NCBI GenBank assembly: GCA_963810925.1
Contig: CAWEPF010000010.1
Span: forward strand, 333,695-397,694
Origin: an uncultured Chloroflexia bacterium
GTDB lineage: Bacteria > Chloroflexota > Limnocylindria > QHBO01
Length of the DNA: 64,000 nucleotides
Direction: 5' to 3'
The notes beneath the pieces were generated by a model. It saw only the letters and a list, made by a program, of their open reading frames with translations, ran no database searches and was not told the origin of the DNA. Shown here piece after piece: positions 28,045 through 37,944 of this stretch; the stretch's first letter is position 1; each line of letters starts with the position of its first letter. The translations under genes were made by a program, and so were the position numbers.

Positions 28045-29199
28045 GTGCTCGAATTCATCGGGTCGTTCACGATCCTGGACCTGGTGATCCTGGTGTCACT
28101 GGCCGGCGGCGTGCTGGTCGGTTTCCAGCAGGGCGCCCTGCGCTACATCCTGAACGCGATCGTGGTGCTGGTTGCCTTCATCGTGGCCAGCCAGCTGAAA
28201 GGCCCCATCGCGGATTCGGTGAGCGGGGTGTGGCACGCGTCCAGCCCGGAGCAGCAGGAGCTGTGGATCTTCATCCTCCTGTTTGCGGCAGGGGTCATCG
28301 GCGGCTTCTTCCTGGTGCGGGCCTTCTACCGCCAGACCCGCCTGCCGCTCGTCCGCCAGGTGGACGAGGTCCTGGGCGCCGTGCTCGGCGTTCTATGGGT
28401 CGCCCTGCTGTACAGCTTCAGCCTGATCGTGCTCGACTCGTTCTTCCAGGCCGCGACGGACGCATCGGCCGCGAGCGCCACGTTCCTGGGGCCGCTCTAC
28501 GACGCGATGAACCAGTCGGTCATCATCGGCTGGTTCCGGGACTACCTGATCCCGGTCATCGGGTTCGTGGTCCGTCCGTTCGTCCCCGCCCGACATCGCC
28601 CAGTTCCTCGTCTTCTGACCCGACTGACCCGCGGCTGGTTCGACCGGTCGGCCCTCGAGGTGGCCCCCGCACTGCTGGGCGCCCATCTCACCCGCGACAG
28701 CGCTGAAGGCCCGGTCACCGTTCGGATCGTGGAGACCGAGGCGTACCTCGGTCCCGAGGACCTGGCCGCGCACTCCGCGCGCGGCCGAACCGGGCGCAAC
28801 GAACCGATGTGGGGGCCGCCGGGGCATCTGTACGTGTACCGCGTGTACGGCCTCCACGACTGCGTGAACGTGGTGTGCGGCCCCGGTCCAAAGCCCGAGG
28901 CCGTCCTCCTCCGTGCTGGCGAGGTGATGGACGGTGTCGCGCTGGCCCGGCGACGCCGCGGGGAGCGGGCGCCGGATCGTCGCCTCGCCTCGGGACCGGG
29001 CAACCTGGGCCAGGCGCTGGGCATCGGCCGTGACTTGAGTGGTGCCGACCTCCTGGCGGGCCCCGTTCGGCTGCGACTCGCCGCTCAAATGGTGGCCGTG
29101 GCGGCGAAACCGCGGATCGGAGTGGGATACGCGGGAGAATGGGCGGCGCTCCCGTATCGGTTCCTGATTCCGAATGACCCGTTCGTCTCGCGCTCCTGA
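28045..29199 (+). CDS. Single ORF joining a CvpA-family membrane protein (~1-190) to a DNA-3-methyladenine glycosylase (Mpg/AAG family, ~195-384)
   Basis: The CvpA TM helices and the Mpg motifs (FDRSALEVAPALLGAHL...VRIVETEAYLGPEDLAAHS...GHLYVYRVYGLHDCVNVV) sit in one frame. I see no ATG/GTG/TTG start for the Mpg part. An alternative frame would end CvpA at about 28617. This is either a real fusion or an indel artefact. Confidence 0.5.
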   Translation: MLEFIGSFTILDLVILVSLAGGVLVGFQQGALRYILNAIVVLVAFIVASQLKGPIADSVSGVWHASSPEQQELWIFILLFAAGVIGGFFLVRAFYRQTRLPLVRQVDEVLGAVLGVLWVALLYSFSLIVLDSFFQAATDASAASATFLGPLYDAMNQSVIIGWFRDYLIPVIGFVVRPFVPARHRPVPRLLTRLTRGWFDRSALEVAPALLGAHLTRDSAEGPVTVRIVETEAYLGPEDLAAHSARGRTGRNEPMWGPPGHLYVYRVYGLHDCVNVVCGPGPKPEAVLLRAGEVMDGVALARRRRGERAPDRRLASGPGNLGQALGIGRDLSGADLLAGPVRLRLAAQMVAVAAKPRIGVGYAGEWAALPYRFLIPNDPFVSRS

Positions 29200-31555
29200 T
29201 CCCGACGAGGCCAGCCTCCGCGCCCTCGAGTTCGCCGCCATCACCGAGCGGCTGGCTGCCCATACCGCGTTTGGCCCCTCGCACGAGCTCGCCGAGAAGC
29301 TCCTTCCGGTGGGGGACCCGGTGCACGTCGGCCTCCTCCAGGACCAGACCGATGAGGCGGCGCGCCTGCTCGAGCTCCATCCCGAGGCCACCATCGGTGG
29401 AGCGCGCGACATCCGATCAGCCCTGTCCCGGGCGCGCCGCGGTGGGCGGCTGAAGCCGTCGGACCTCCTGGACGTCTCCGGAACCCTGTACGCGACCGAT
29501 CAGTTCCGGCGCCGCCTGGCCCGCTGGCCCGGACCGCAGCTTGGCGGCGTGCGCGAGGAGCTGGAGCCGGCGCCGGCCTTGCGGGAGCGGATCGAGCGCA
29601 GCATCGACCCGAGCGGGGAGATCCTGGATGCCGCCTCGCCGGCCCTGCGCACCGCGCGCCGCAAGATGCGCGTCTCGCAGGAGCGCCTGCGCGAGCGCCT
29701 GAACGCAATGCTCCGCTCCACGGAGCTGGCCGGGGCGATCGGAGACGCGATCGTCACCCAGCGGGCGGGGCGCTACGTGATCCCGGTCCGGGCGGAGGCC
29801 AAGGGACGCGTGCCGGGGATCGTCCACGACCAGAGCGCCTCGGCAGCCACCCTGTTCATCGAGCCCCTGGCCGTGGTGGAGCTCAACAACGCGTGGACCG
29901 AGGCGGCGCTCGAGGCGGCCGAAGAGGAGGAGAAGGTCCTCGAGGCCCTGTCGCGGGAAGTGGAGACGCAGGCTGCGGCCCTGGGCGCCTCGCTGGCGGC
30001 CCTGGCCCGGGCCGACCTGTGGATGGCGCGGGCCCGGCTGGGGGCTGACCTGGACGGCGTCCGGCCTGCGGTCGTGGAGGATGCGGTGGAGCTGCTCTCG
30101 GCCCGACACCCGCTTCTGGGTCCCGAGGCGGTGGCCATTGATCTGCGGCTGGGCGAACGGTTCGGCTACCAGGCCCTGGTCATCACCGGCCCCAACACCG
30201 GCGGCAAGACGGTCGCCCTCAAGACGCTGGGCCTGCTGGCCCTCATGCACCAGGCGGGGCTCCGGGTGCCGGCCGCGGACGGCGCCCGGATGCCCGTCTT
30301 CCGGCTCGTGCTGGCCGACATCGGTGACGAGCAGAGCATCGCCCAGTCGCTGTCGACCTTCTCGAGCCATCTGCGCAACGTGGTCCGGTTCCTGGATGCG
30401 GCGGGACCGCGAACGCTGGTGCTCCTGGACGAGATCGGTGCCGGGACCGATCCGACCGAGGGCTCCGCGCTGGCCATGGCGGTTCTCACGGTGCTGCTCG
30501 AGCGCGGCGCCTTCGTGGCGGCCACGACCCACTACGCCGAGCTCAAGGCCTTCGCAGAAACGCAGCCGGGGCTGACCAACGCGGCGGTCGAGTTCGACGT
30601 GGCCACCCTCCGCCCGACGTATCACCTGTCGATCGGGCTGCCGGGCGCCTCCCAGGCGTTCGCGATTGCCGAGCGGCTGGGCCTCGCCCCCGAGGTGCTG
30701 GCCCAGGCCCGTGAGCACGTGTCGGGGACCCATGCGTCGCTCGAGGAGACGCTGGCCGCCATCCGACGAGCGGAATCCGAACGGGTCGAGGCGCTCGCCG
30801 TAGCCAGCGAGGAACGGCAGGCGGCGCTCACCGAGCGAGAGCGGGCGAAGGCGGGGAGCGACCAGGCGCGCCGCGAGGCCGCCCGGATCCTGTCCGATGC
30901 GCGCCACGCGGCGGATGCACTGTTGGCGGAAGCCGAGCGCGAGGTGGCCGAGGTCCGTCGCGAGGTGCAGCACGAGACGCGCCTCCGCTCCAGCGCCGGG
31001 CTGGGCGCCGTTGAGCGTCGCGCTGCCGAACGGCGCGCTCGCGTGGCCGCCGTTCCCGCGCCACCGGATGTCGTGGACGTGCCCACGGAACCGGGGCCAC
31101 AGCCGCGGGTCGGGCTGTGGGGGCGCAGCCGGACCCTGGGGCACGCGGGCCGGATCGCGGCCATCAGCGGCCGAACGGGGCGGATCACTTTGGAGTCTGA
31201 CGGCGCGCGGCTGGTGGTCCCCGGCGACGACGTCGAGATCGTGGACGAACCCGGTTCAGCTCCTCCCCAGAAGGACGAGATGGCCGACGCGCTGCGCCGC
31301 AAGGCAGCGGCCGAGCTCAGTCCCACGCTCGACCTGCGGGGCGAGCGTGTGGAAGCCGCCCTCGAGCAGCTCTCCGACTACCTCGACCAGGCTCTGCTCG
31401 CGGGCGCCGACCAGGTCGTCATCATCCATGGCGCGGGAACGGGCGCCCTGCGGCGGACCATTCGCGAGTACCTGACCACCCATCCGCGGGTGCGCGACCA
31501 GCGACCAGGACGGCGGGAGGAAGGCGGCGACGGGGCGACGGTCGCCCTGCTCTAG
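29174..31555 (+). CDS. mutS2: Endonuclease MutS2 (MutS ATPase core plus C-terminal Smr domain)
   Basis: GPNTGGKTVALKTLGL is the Walker A motif. The C-terminal VIIHGAGTGALRRTIREYL belongs to the Smr domain. Confidence 0.85.
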   Translation: MTRSSRAPDPDEASLRALEFAAITERLAAHTAFGPSHELAEKLLPVGDPVHVGLLQDQTDEAARLLELHPEATIGGARDIRSALSRARRGGRLKPSDLLDVSGTLYATDQFRRRLARWPGPQLGGVREELEPAPALRERIERSIDPSGEILDAASPALRTARRKMRVSQERLRERLNAMLRSTELAGAIGDAIVTQRAGRYVIPVRAEAKGRVPGIVHDQSASAATLFIEPLAVVELNNAWTEAALEAAEEEEKVLEALSREVETQAAALGASLAALARADLWMARARLGADLDGVRPAVVEDAVELLSARHPLLGPEAVAIDLRLGERFGYQALVITGPNTGGKTVALKTLGLLALMHQAGLRVPAADGARMPVFRLVLADIGDEQSIAQSLSTFSSHLRNVVRFLDAAGPRTLVLLDEIGAGTDPTEGSALAMAVLTVLLERGAFVAATTHYAELKAFAETQPGLTNAAVEFDVATLRPTYHLSIGLPGASQAFAIAERLGLAPEVLAQAREHVSGTHASLEETLAAIRRAESERVEALAVASEERQAALTERERAKAGSDQARREAARILSDARHAADALLAEAEREVAEVRREVQHETRLRSSAGLGAVERRAAERRARVAAVPAPPDVVDVPTEPGPQPRVGLWGRSRTLGHAGRIAAISGRTGRITLESDGARLVVPGDDVEIVDEPGSAPPQKDEMADALRRKAAAELSPTLDLRGERVEAALEQLSDYLDQALLAGADQVVIIHGAGTGALRRTIREYLTTHPRVRDQRPGRREEGGDGATVALL

Positions 31556-31564
31556 GAGTTCGCC

Positions 31565-34387
31565 TTAGGGGGCGCCCGACGGGCTGGGCGTTGGCTCCGG
31601 CGTGGGGGTCGGTGTCGCTGCGGGCGTCGGCGTGGCCTCCGGGGTCGGTGTCGGGATGGGTGTCGGCGTTGAGGTCGGCACGGCGCCCGGGGTGCAGGTC
31701 TCGGTGGGGGCCAGCGGTGCGTCGAGCCCGGCCAGCGGTGAGCGCGGAATGCTCGTTTCGTGGCCGCGGTTATGGTCGATCCACGTCTTGTTCGAGGCTT
31801 CCCAGGCGGGATGTGACGCATCCCAGCCCAGCAGGTCGAGGAACACGCGCAGGCCGGGCACGAGCGGCGGCGGGGTGGGCTCTGGCTCGCCCGTCGGAAC
31901 CGGCGCCACCGACGGTCCCGGCGTGGGCGGCACGAAGTCGCCGCATCCTTCGTGCCAGATCTTGCCGGTCGTGGCCTCGATCGCGAGCTCGCGATGCGCG
32001 TCATCGGTCGCGAGGTTTGGACCGCTCACCGAGAACACTTCGCTCATCGTGGACTTCGTGAATTCGCCAGGGGCCTGGCCGGTCATCGTGTCGATCGTTC
32101 GCTCGGTGACGCCATCCGGACGGACGAAGTCGCGCACGGGAAGCGCGTTCAGGGCGGTGACCTCCGCCATGTAGTCGTGCCAGATGAACGTTGGCCCGTC
32201 GGCCGCGAAGACCGAATCGATGGCCGAGAAGTCGCTGTTGCCGACCCAGACCCCGGTGATGATCGCGCCCTCGTCGATCTCCGGATCGGCGTCGGCCGCG
32301 ATGAATCCAAAGGCCTGGAGGTCCTTGAAGTCGGTCGTGGTCCCGGTCTTCAGGGTGGCCGGCCGTCGGCCGGACGAGGTCTGCAGCTGGAATCGCGGGC
32401 CCCACAGCGGGTTCTGGGCCGGATCGGTGTTGTCGGCCAGGATGTCGGTGACGAGGTACGCCGACTGGGGCGAAATGGCCTGGCTGGCATCGGGGCCGTC
32501 CACCGCGTGGTCGTACAGGACGTTCCCGTCGCGGTCGAGGATGCGCTCGATCTGGTACGGCTCGTTGTACAGGCCACCGTTGGCCAGCGTCCCGTACGCC
32601 GCGGCGAGGTCGATCATCCGCACCCCTACCGTGCCCAGCGTGAGGGAGGCCACGTTCGGATCCTGGCTGGGATCCCAGTGCAGCCCCAGCCGCTCCGCCT
32701 GGGCGACGACGTTCTCGGTGCCGATCAGCTGCTGCGCCTTGGTGACCGGGATGTTGAGCGAGTACTTCAGCGCGTCGCGTACGCGGACCGGGCCGCGTTC
32801 GCGGTTGTCGGCGTCGTGGACCTGGTAGCCGGGCACGATCTCGGTCGAGACGTCCATGAACATCGTGGCCGGGGTGATCGTCCCGGTCTCGAACCCGGTG
32901 GCATAGGTGATGGGCTTGAAGGCCGATCCGGACTGGCGATACGCCTGGCCCACGACGTCGAACTGGGGCTGGTGGATGGGCGTGGCCTCCCCGAAGTAGT
33001 TCGCGCTGCCCACGTAGGCGACCACCGCGCCGGTCCGGTAGTTCAGGGTCACGATCGCGTCATTGCCGATGTTGCGGCCCTGGAGCTGGGTGATCCATCC
33101 CAACGCCGCGCTTCCGTACTTCGCGGCCAGCTCCGCATCGGTCAGGCGATCGAGGTCGTATACGACCTGCGCCCACTTCTCGGCCGAGACCTGGTAGCCG
33201 TTGTAGTTGAGGGTGGTCTCGATGGTCAGTCCGCCGCGGTCGATGATGTCCTCCGAGCCGAGCAGGTCGGCAACTTCCCGTCGGGTGGCGTACACGAAGT
33301 GCGGCGCCTTGAACTCGGTGACCTCGGGGACGAGCACGGTTGCCGTGGCATCCAGGATGTCGTTGCGGTCAGCCTCGGACAGGTAGTCGAGCAGGACCAT
33401 GTCGCTCAGGACGTCGTCGCGCACCTCGACCGGTGCTGCGTCGTTGGGCACCTCGAGCACGCCCGGGATGGGCTGCCCCGCCTCGTCGGTGGCGGGGATG
33501 CCCCACTGGGTGGGATCGAGCTCCGATGGCGCGCGCAGGAGCCCGGCCAGCATGGCTGCCTCGTCGGGCGTGACCTCGTTCGGGTCGGGCGCGGGCGGCT
33601 CACCGGGCGTTGCGCTGGGGCCGGGAGTGGGGGCGGGCGTTGGGGAGGCGCTCGGTCCGGGGCTCGAGCCGGGCCCGTTCGGGCCGCCCTGGATGGCCGT
33701 GAAGTCCTTGCCGTAGTAGCGATCAACCGCGGCCCAGATCCCATAGCCGTTGTTGCCGTAGTACATCTCGTTCAGGAAGAACTCCATGATCTGTTCCTTG
33801 CCCTCGACGCCCGGATACTCGGCGTCGAGCTGAAGGGCGAGCATGGCCTCCTTGATCTTTCGCTCGACCTGGCGGGACGGATCGGCCATGAGGTCCGGAG
33901 GAAGGAGCACCGAACGCACGAGCTGCTGGCAGATGGTCGAGGCGCCGGATACGACCTCACCGGCCGAGAAGTTCTGGAGCATGGCCCGCACGATCGCCCG
34001 CGGGTCCACGCACGGGTTCTCCCAGAAGGTGTGGTCCTCGGCGGCGACCGTGGCGTCCACGATCACCTCGGGGATCTCGTCGTAGGACACGACGTGGCGG
34101 TTGGTCGCGGCGAACGTCGCCAGCTCGACCCCGTCCGCCGACATCACCACCGACCCCTCGTCCGGCGCGTAGTCCTCCAGGACCGTGACGTCCGGCAGCG
34201 AGCTGGCGTAGGCGCTGTACAGGAGGATGGCGCCCAGCACCATGCCGATCCCGAGCACCACGAAGGTGGCGAGGATCACGGCGGGAAGTGGCTGGATGCG
34301 CGCCCGGGGCGCGGCGCCGGTCCCGGCAGGGGGCCCGAAGCCTGCCGGCGGCGGAGGTGACGAGGTCACGGCGGCGAACTCTACCAT
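31565..34387 (-). CDS. Class A penicillin-binding protein (glycosyltransferase GT51 plus transpeptidase) with a Pro/Thr-rich C-terminal tail
   Basis: EDHTFWENPCVDPRAIVRAM and ICQQLVR are GT51 motifs. A transpeptidase domain follows. The tail reads TPTPIPTPTPEATPTPAATPTPTPEPTP. The start is ambiguous (MVEFAAV at 34387 or MGMD at 34408). Confidence 0.8.
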   Translation of the reverse strand: MVEFAAVTSSPPPPAGFGPPAGTGAAPRARIQPLPAVILATFVVLGIGMVLGAILLYSAYASSLPDVTVLEDYAPDEGSVVMSADGVELATFAATNRHVVSYDEIPEVIVDATVAAEDHTFWENPCVDPRAIVRAMLQNFSAGEVVSGASTICQQLVRSVLLPPDLMADPSRQVERKIKEAMLALQLDAEYPGVEGKEQIMEFFLNEMYYGNNGYGIWAAVDRYYGKDFTAIQGGPNGPGSSPGPSASPTPAPTPGPSATPGEPPAPDPNEVTPDEAAMLAGLLRAPSELDPTQWGIPATDEAGQPIPGVLEVPNDAAPVEVRDDVLSDMVLLDYLSEADRNDILDATATVLVPEVTEFKAPHFVYATRREVADLLGSEDIIDRGGLTIETTLNYNGYQVSAEKWAQVVYDLDRLTDAELAAKYGSAALGWITQLQGRNIGNDAIVTLNYRTGAVVAYVGSANYFGEATPIHQPQFDVVGQAYRQSGSAFKPITYATGFETGTITPATMFMDVSTEIVPGYQVHDADNRERGPVRVRDALKYSLNIPVTKAQQLIGTENVVAQAERLGLHWDPSQDPNVASLTLGTVGVRMIDLAAAYGTLANGGLYNEPYQIERILDRDGNVLYDHAVDGPDASQAISPQSAYLVTDILADNTDPAQNPLWGPRFQLQTSSGRRPATLKTGTTTDFKDLQAFGFIAADADPEIDEGAIITGVWVGNSDFSAIDSVFAADGPTFIWHDYMAEVTALNALPVRDFVRPDGVTERTIDTMTGQAPGEFTKSTMSEVFSVSGPNLATDDAHRELAIEATTGKIWHEGCGDFVPPTPGPSVAPVPTGEPEPTPPPLVPGLRVFLDLLGWDASHPAWEASNKTWIDHNRGHETSIPRSPLAGLDAPLAPTETCTPGAVPTSTPTPIPTPTPEATPTPAATPTPTPEPTPSPSGAP

Positions 34388-34400
34388 CGGTCGCCGATCC

Positions 34401-35648
34401 ATGCCCATGTCGCCCCCGGCGGCGCGCGCGGCGGGTACCATCGCGGGCGTGACGGCGGACCCGATCTCCGATCTCCTCACCCGGCGGGTGGCGCAGGTCG
34501 TCGAGCGCGAGGCGCTGGAGGCGATGCTCCGCGGAAATCGGCCCCTCCGCGTAAAGCTGGGCTTCGATCCGACGACGGCGGATCTGCACATCGGTCATGG
34601 GGTGGTCCTCGAGCGGCTGCGGGCCTTCCAGGACCTGGGGCACATCGCGGTGCTGGTGGTGGGGGATACGACCGCCCAGATCGGTGACCCCTCGGAGCGC
34701 AACGCGACCCGACCGATGCTCACCGCCGAGCAGGTGAAAGACAACGCGCAGACGTACCTCACCCAGTTCCACCAGGTCGTGCGGGAAGAGGGAACCGAGG
34801 TCCGTTGGCAGTCGGAGTGGTTCGACACGTTCGGGATGCGCGAGTTCTTCGGGCTCCTGAGCAAGTTCACCGTGGCCCGCATGATCGAGCGCGACACGTT
34901 TGCCAAGCGCCTGGCCGAGGGGGCGCCCATCTCGATGCATGAAACGCTGTACCCCTTGCTCCAGGCCTACGACTCGGTGGCGGTCGAGGCGGACGTCGAG
35001 CTGGGTGGCACGGACCAGACCTTCAACCTGCTCGCCGGGCGGGACATCCAGCGCGACTTCGGCCAGGCCCCGCAGCAGATCATGACCAGCGAGCTCCTGG
35101 TGGGGACCGATGGCGTCGCAAAGATGAGCAAGTCGCTGGGCAACGCGATTGGACTGACCGATGCGCCCTACGACCAGTACGCGCGGACGATGAGCATCCC
35201 CGATGCGCTGCTCCCCAACTGGGCCAGCCTCGTCACCCGATGGCCCGATGACGAGATCACCGCCTTCGTGACCGATGTCGAGGCCGACCACCTCCATCCG
35301 AAGTTCGCCAAGCAGCGCCTGGCGCGCGAGATCACCGCTCGCTGGCACTCCGAGGAGGCCGCCGATGCCGCAGAGGAGCGGTGGGAGCGCGAGGTGGGCG
35401 CGGGCGAAGGCGTCACCGAGGCCGAGGAGCTCAGCCTGTCGGTCCCCCTGGCGGGGATGGGCCTCCTCGATCTGCTCGTGGCGGCCGGCATGGCGCCGTC
35501 ACGGAGCGCGGCCCGACGCCTCGTCACCCAGGGCGGCGTGCGGGTCGACGGGGAGCTGCAGGGCGACGAGGCCCGCCACTTCTCGGCGGGGGAGACGCAC
35601 GAGGTCCGGGTCGGAAAGCGTCAGGCCGCGCTGATCCGCCTGACCTGA
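34401..35648 (+). CDS. tyrS: Tyrosyl-tRNA synthetase
   Basis: DLHIGHGV is the HIGH motif and KMSKSLGN is the KMSKS motif. The C-terminal S4-like domain is present. Confidence 0.9.
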   Translation: MPMSPPAARAAGTIAGVTADPISDLLTRRVAQVVEREALEAMLRGNRPLRVKLGFDPTTADLHIGHGVVLERLRAFQDLGHIAVLVVGDTTAQIGDPSERNATRPMLTAEQVKDNAQTYLTQFHQVVREEGTEVRWQSEWFDTFGMREFFGLLSKFTVARMIERDTFAKRLAEGAPISMHETLYPLLQAYDSVAVEADVELGGTDQTFNLLAGRDIQRDFGQAPQQIMTSELLVGTDGVAKMSKSLGNAIGLTDAPYDQYARTMSIPDALLPNWASLVTRWPDDEITAFVTDVEADHLHPKFAKQRLAREITARWHSEEAADAAEERWEREVGAGEGVTEAEELSLSVPLAGMGLLDLLVAAGMAPSRSAARRLVTQGGVRVDGELQGDEARHFSAGETHEVRVGKRQAALIRLT

Positions 35649-35650
35649 CC

Positions 35651-37726
35651 CTAGTGCCGCTCGGTGGCGGCGACCTTGGCCTGGTGCTCGGCGATGACCT
35701 TCTCCGCGATCGTGTGCGGAACCTCGGCGTAATGGTCGAGGCGCTGGGAGAAGCGGCCCCGGCCCTGGGTGATGCTCCGGAGCTCGGTCGCGTAGTGGAA
35801 CATCTCGGCCTGGGGGACCTGTGCGCGGAGGTACTGCGTCCCGTCCTGTGAGTCCATGCCCAGGACGTGGCCCCGCTTGGCGGTGATCTGGCCCATCACG
35901 TCGCCCATGTACTCGTCGGGGACGGTGACCTCCACCTCGAGGATCGGCTCCAGCAGGGCGGGATCGGCCTCCGTGAACGCTCTCTTGAGGGCCTGCGAGG
36001 CGGCGATCTTGAATGCCATCTCGGATGAGTCCACGGTGTGGTATGAGCCGTCCACCAGGGTCGCCTTGAGGTCGACCACCGGGTAGCCAGCCAGGACGCC
36101 TTCAGCCATGGACTCGCGGAGCCCCTTCTCGACGGCAGGGATGTACTGCTTGGGGACGACCCCGCCAACGATCCGATCCCCGAACACGAAGCCATCCCCG
36201 TGCTCGCTGGGCTCGAACTCGATGACGACGTGGCCGAACTGGCCATGGCCACCGGTTTGGCGCTTGAACCGGTTGTCGATCTTGGTCGGGCGCCGGATCG
36301 TCTCGCGGTATGGAACCCGTGGCGTCTCGATCTTCACCGCGGCGCCGAACTTGCGCTTCAGGCGGTCCACGATGACGTCCACGTGGGCGTCGCCCATGGC
36401 GAACAGGATCGTCTGGCCGGTCGCGTCCTCGCGGCTGACCCGCATGCAGGGCTCTTCCTCGAGCATCCGGTTGAGCGCCTGGCCCAGCTTGTCGAGGTCG
36501 GCTTTCGACTCGGGCTCGACGGCGACCTGGAGGGTTGGCTGCGGGAAGTTCAGCGGAGTGAGCTGGACCGCCGAGGCGCGGTCCGCCACGAGCGTGTCGC
36601 CGCTGTGCGTGGACGCCAGCTTGGCCACGGCGACGATGTCACCCGGGCCGGCCTGCGGCATGTTCACCTGCTCCTTGCCCTGGAGGCCGAGGATGTTGCC
36701 GATCCGCTCGTCTTCGCGACGATTCGCGTTGTGGAGGTGGCCCTGCGCCTTGAGGGTGCCGGATACGACCCGGAAGTAGGTCAGCCGCCCGACGAACGGG
36801 TCGGCGGTGACCTTGAACACCTGGGCCACGAACGGGCCATTCGGATCGGGCTCGATGACCTTGTCATCGGTCGTCTTTCGCGAACCGACCTCCGCCGGCG
36901 ATGGGATGTGACGGGCGATCATCCGGGTCAGCTCCCGGACACCGATGTTCTTGAGGGCCGAGCCTACGAAGACCGGGACCACCGAGCCACCACGGGTGCC
37001 GGCGTGGAGCGCGGTCTCGATCTCCTCGTCGCTGACCTCTTCCCCCTCGAGGTACTTCATCATCAGCTCGTCCGACGCCTCGGCCGCGGCCTCGATCAGT
37101 GACTGGCGACGACCCTCCTCGGCCGCGCGCATCTCGTCGGGGATGGGCACCTCCTTGGGCTGCCCGTTCTCGTACACGGTGGCGTGCTGCTCGACCACGT
37201 CGATGTAGCCGCGGAACGTCTCCGCGCTCCCGATGGGCAGGTAGACCGGGGCGATCTTTGGACCAAAGGCCGCCTTCAGCTGGTCAAGGGTCGCGTCGTA
37301 GTTCGCGTTCTCACGGTCCATCTGGTTCACGAACACCATGCGCGGCAGCTTTCGCTCGTCGGCAAGGCGCCAGACCGCTTCTGTTCCGACCTCGACGCCG
37401 CTCGCCGCATCGACCACCACGATCACCGCGTCCACCGCGGCCAGGGCCTGGACGACATCGGCCTGGAAGTCGGCGTATCCGGGAGTGTCGACCAGTGTGA
37501 TCCGGGCGCCGTCCACCTCGACCGTGCCGATCGCCAAGTTGATGGACTGGTGCCGCCGCTGCTCGTCCGGCTCCCAATCGAGCGTCGCGGTGCCCGCCTC
37601 CACCGACCCGAGACGGGGGATCCCACCGGCGTCAAAGAGGATGGCCTCGGCCAGGCTGGTCTTGCCCGCGCCACCGTGCGCGACCAGGGCGACGTTCCGG
37701 ATCCGATCAGGCGTGGTCGGCTTCAA
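35651..37726 (-). CDS. Elongation factor G paralogue (FusA2-like translational GTPase)
   Basis: NVALVAHGGAGKTSLAEAI is the G1 motif, DTPGYADF is G3 and NQMD is G4. EF-G domains II-V are present. Probable TTG start (MKPTTPDRIRNVALV) preceded by GAGGGAG. TATAAT lies ~40 nt upstream on the coding strand. Confidence 0.8.
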   Translation of the reverse strand: MKPTTPDRIRNVALVAHGGAGKTSLAEAILFDAGGIPRLGSVEAGTATLDWEPDEQRRHQSINLAIGTVEVDGARITLVDTPGYADFQADVVQALAAVDAVIVVVDAASGVEVGTEAVWRLADERKLPRMVFVNQMDRENANYDATLDQLKAAFGPKIAPVYLPIGSAETFRGYIDVVEQHATVYENGQPKEVPIPDEMRAAEEGRRQSLIEAAAEASDELMMKYLEGEEVSDEEIETALHAGTRGGSVVPVFVGSALKNIGVRELTRMIARHIPSPAEVGSRKTTDDKVIEPDPNGPFVAQVFKVTADPFVGRLTYFRVVSGTLKAQGHLHNANRREDERIGNILGLQGKEQVNMPQAGPGDIVAVAKLASTHSGDTLVADRASAVQLTPLNFPQPTLQVAVEPESKADLDKLGQALNRMLEEEPCMRVSREDATGQTILFAMGDAHVDVIVDRLKRKFGAAVKIETPRVPYRETIRRPTKIDNRFKRQTGGHGQFGHVVIEFEPSEHGDGFVFGDRIVGGVVPKQYIPAVEKGLRESMAEGVLAGYPVVDLKATLVDGSYHTVDSSEMAFKIAASQALKRAFTEADPALLEPILEVEVTVPDEYMGDVMGQITAKRGHVLGMDSQDGTQYLRAQVPQAEMFHYATELRSITQGRGRFSQRLDHYAEVPHTIAEKVIAEHQAKVAATERH

Positions 37727-37944
37727 GTCGGCTCCCTCAAGACGGGTCCTCAGGTGGGGTCCGCCATTATAGGAACGGGCCGATGGCGACGGCGGCCAGC
37801 CCGCCCATGACCCGAACATGCATTTCGGCTCTGGCCGCTCGCTATCCTGATCGCACATGGACCGATCCAGGTCGCCCAACTGATGATCGAGGCCGCGCTG
37901 CGGGTCCGCGCCGCTCGGTTCGCCCTTCTGATCATGACGCTGCC

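Noticed and set aside
31570-31700. Repetitive GGC/GTC-rich DNA that might be a repeat element
   Set aside because: It encodes the Pro/Thr-rich C-terminal tail of the PBP (TPTPxP repeats). This is a coding low-complexity region, not a mobile or CRISPR repeat.
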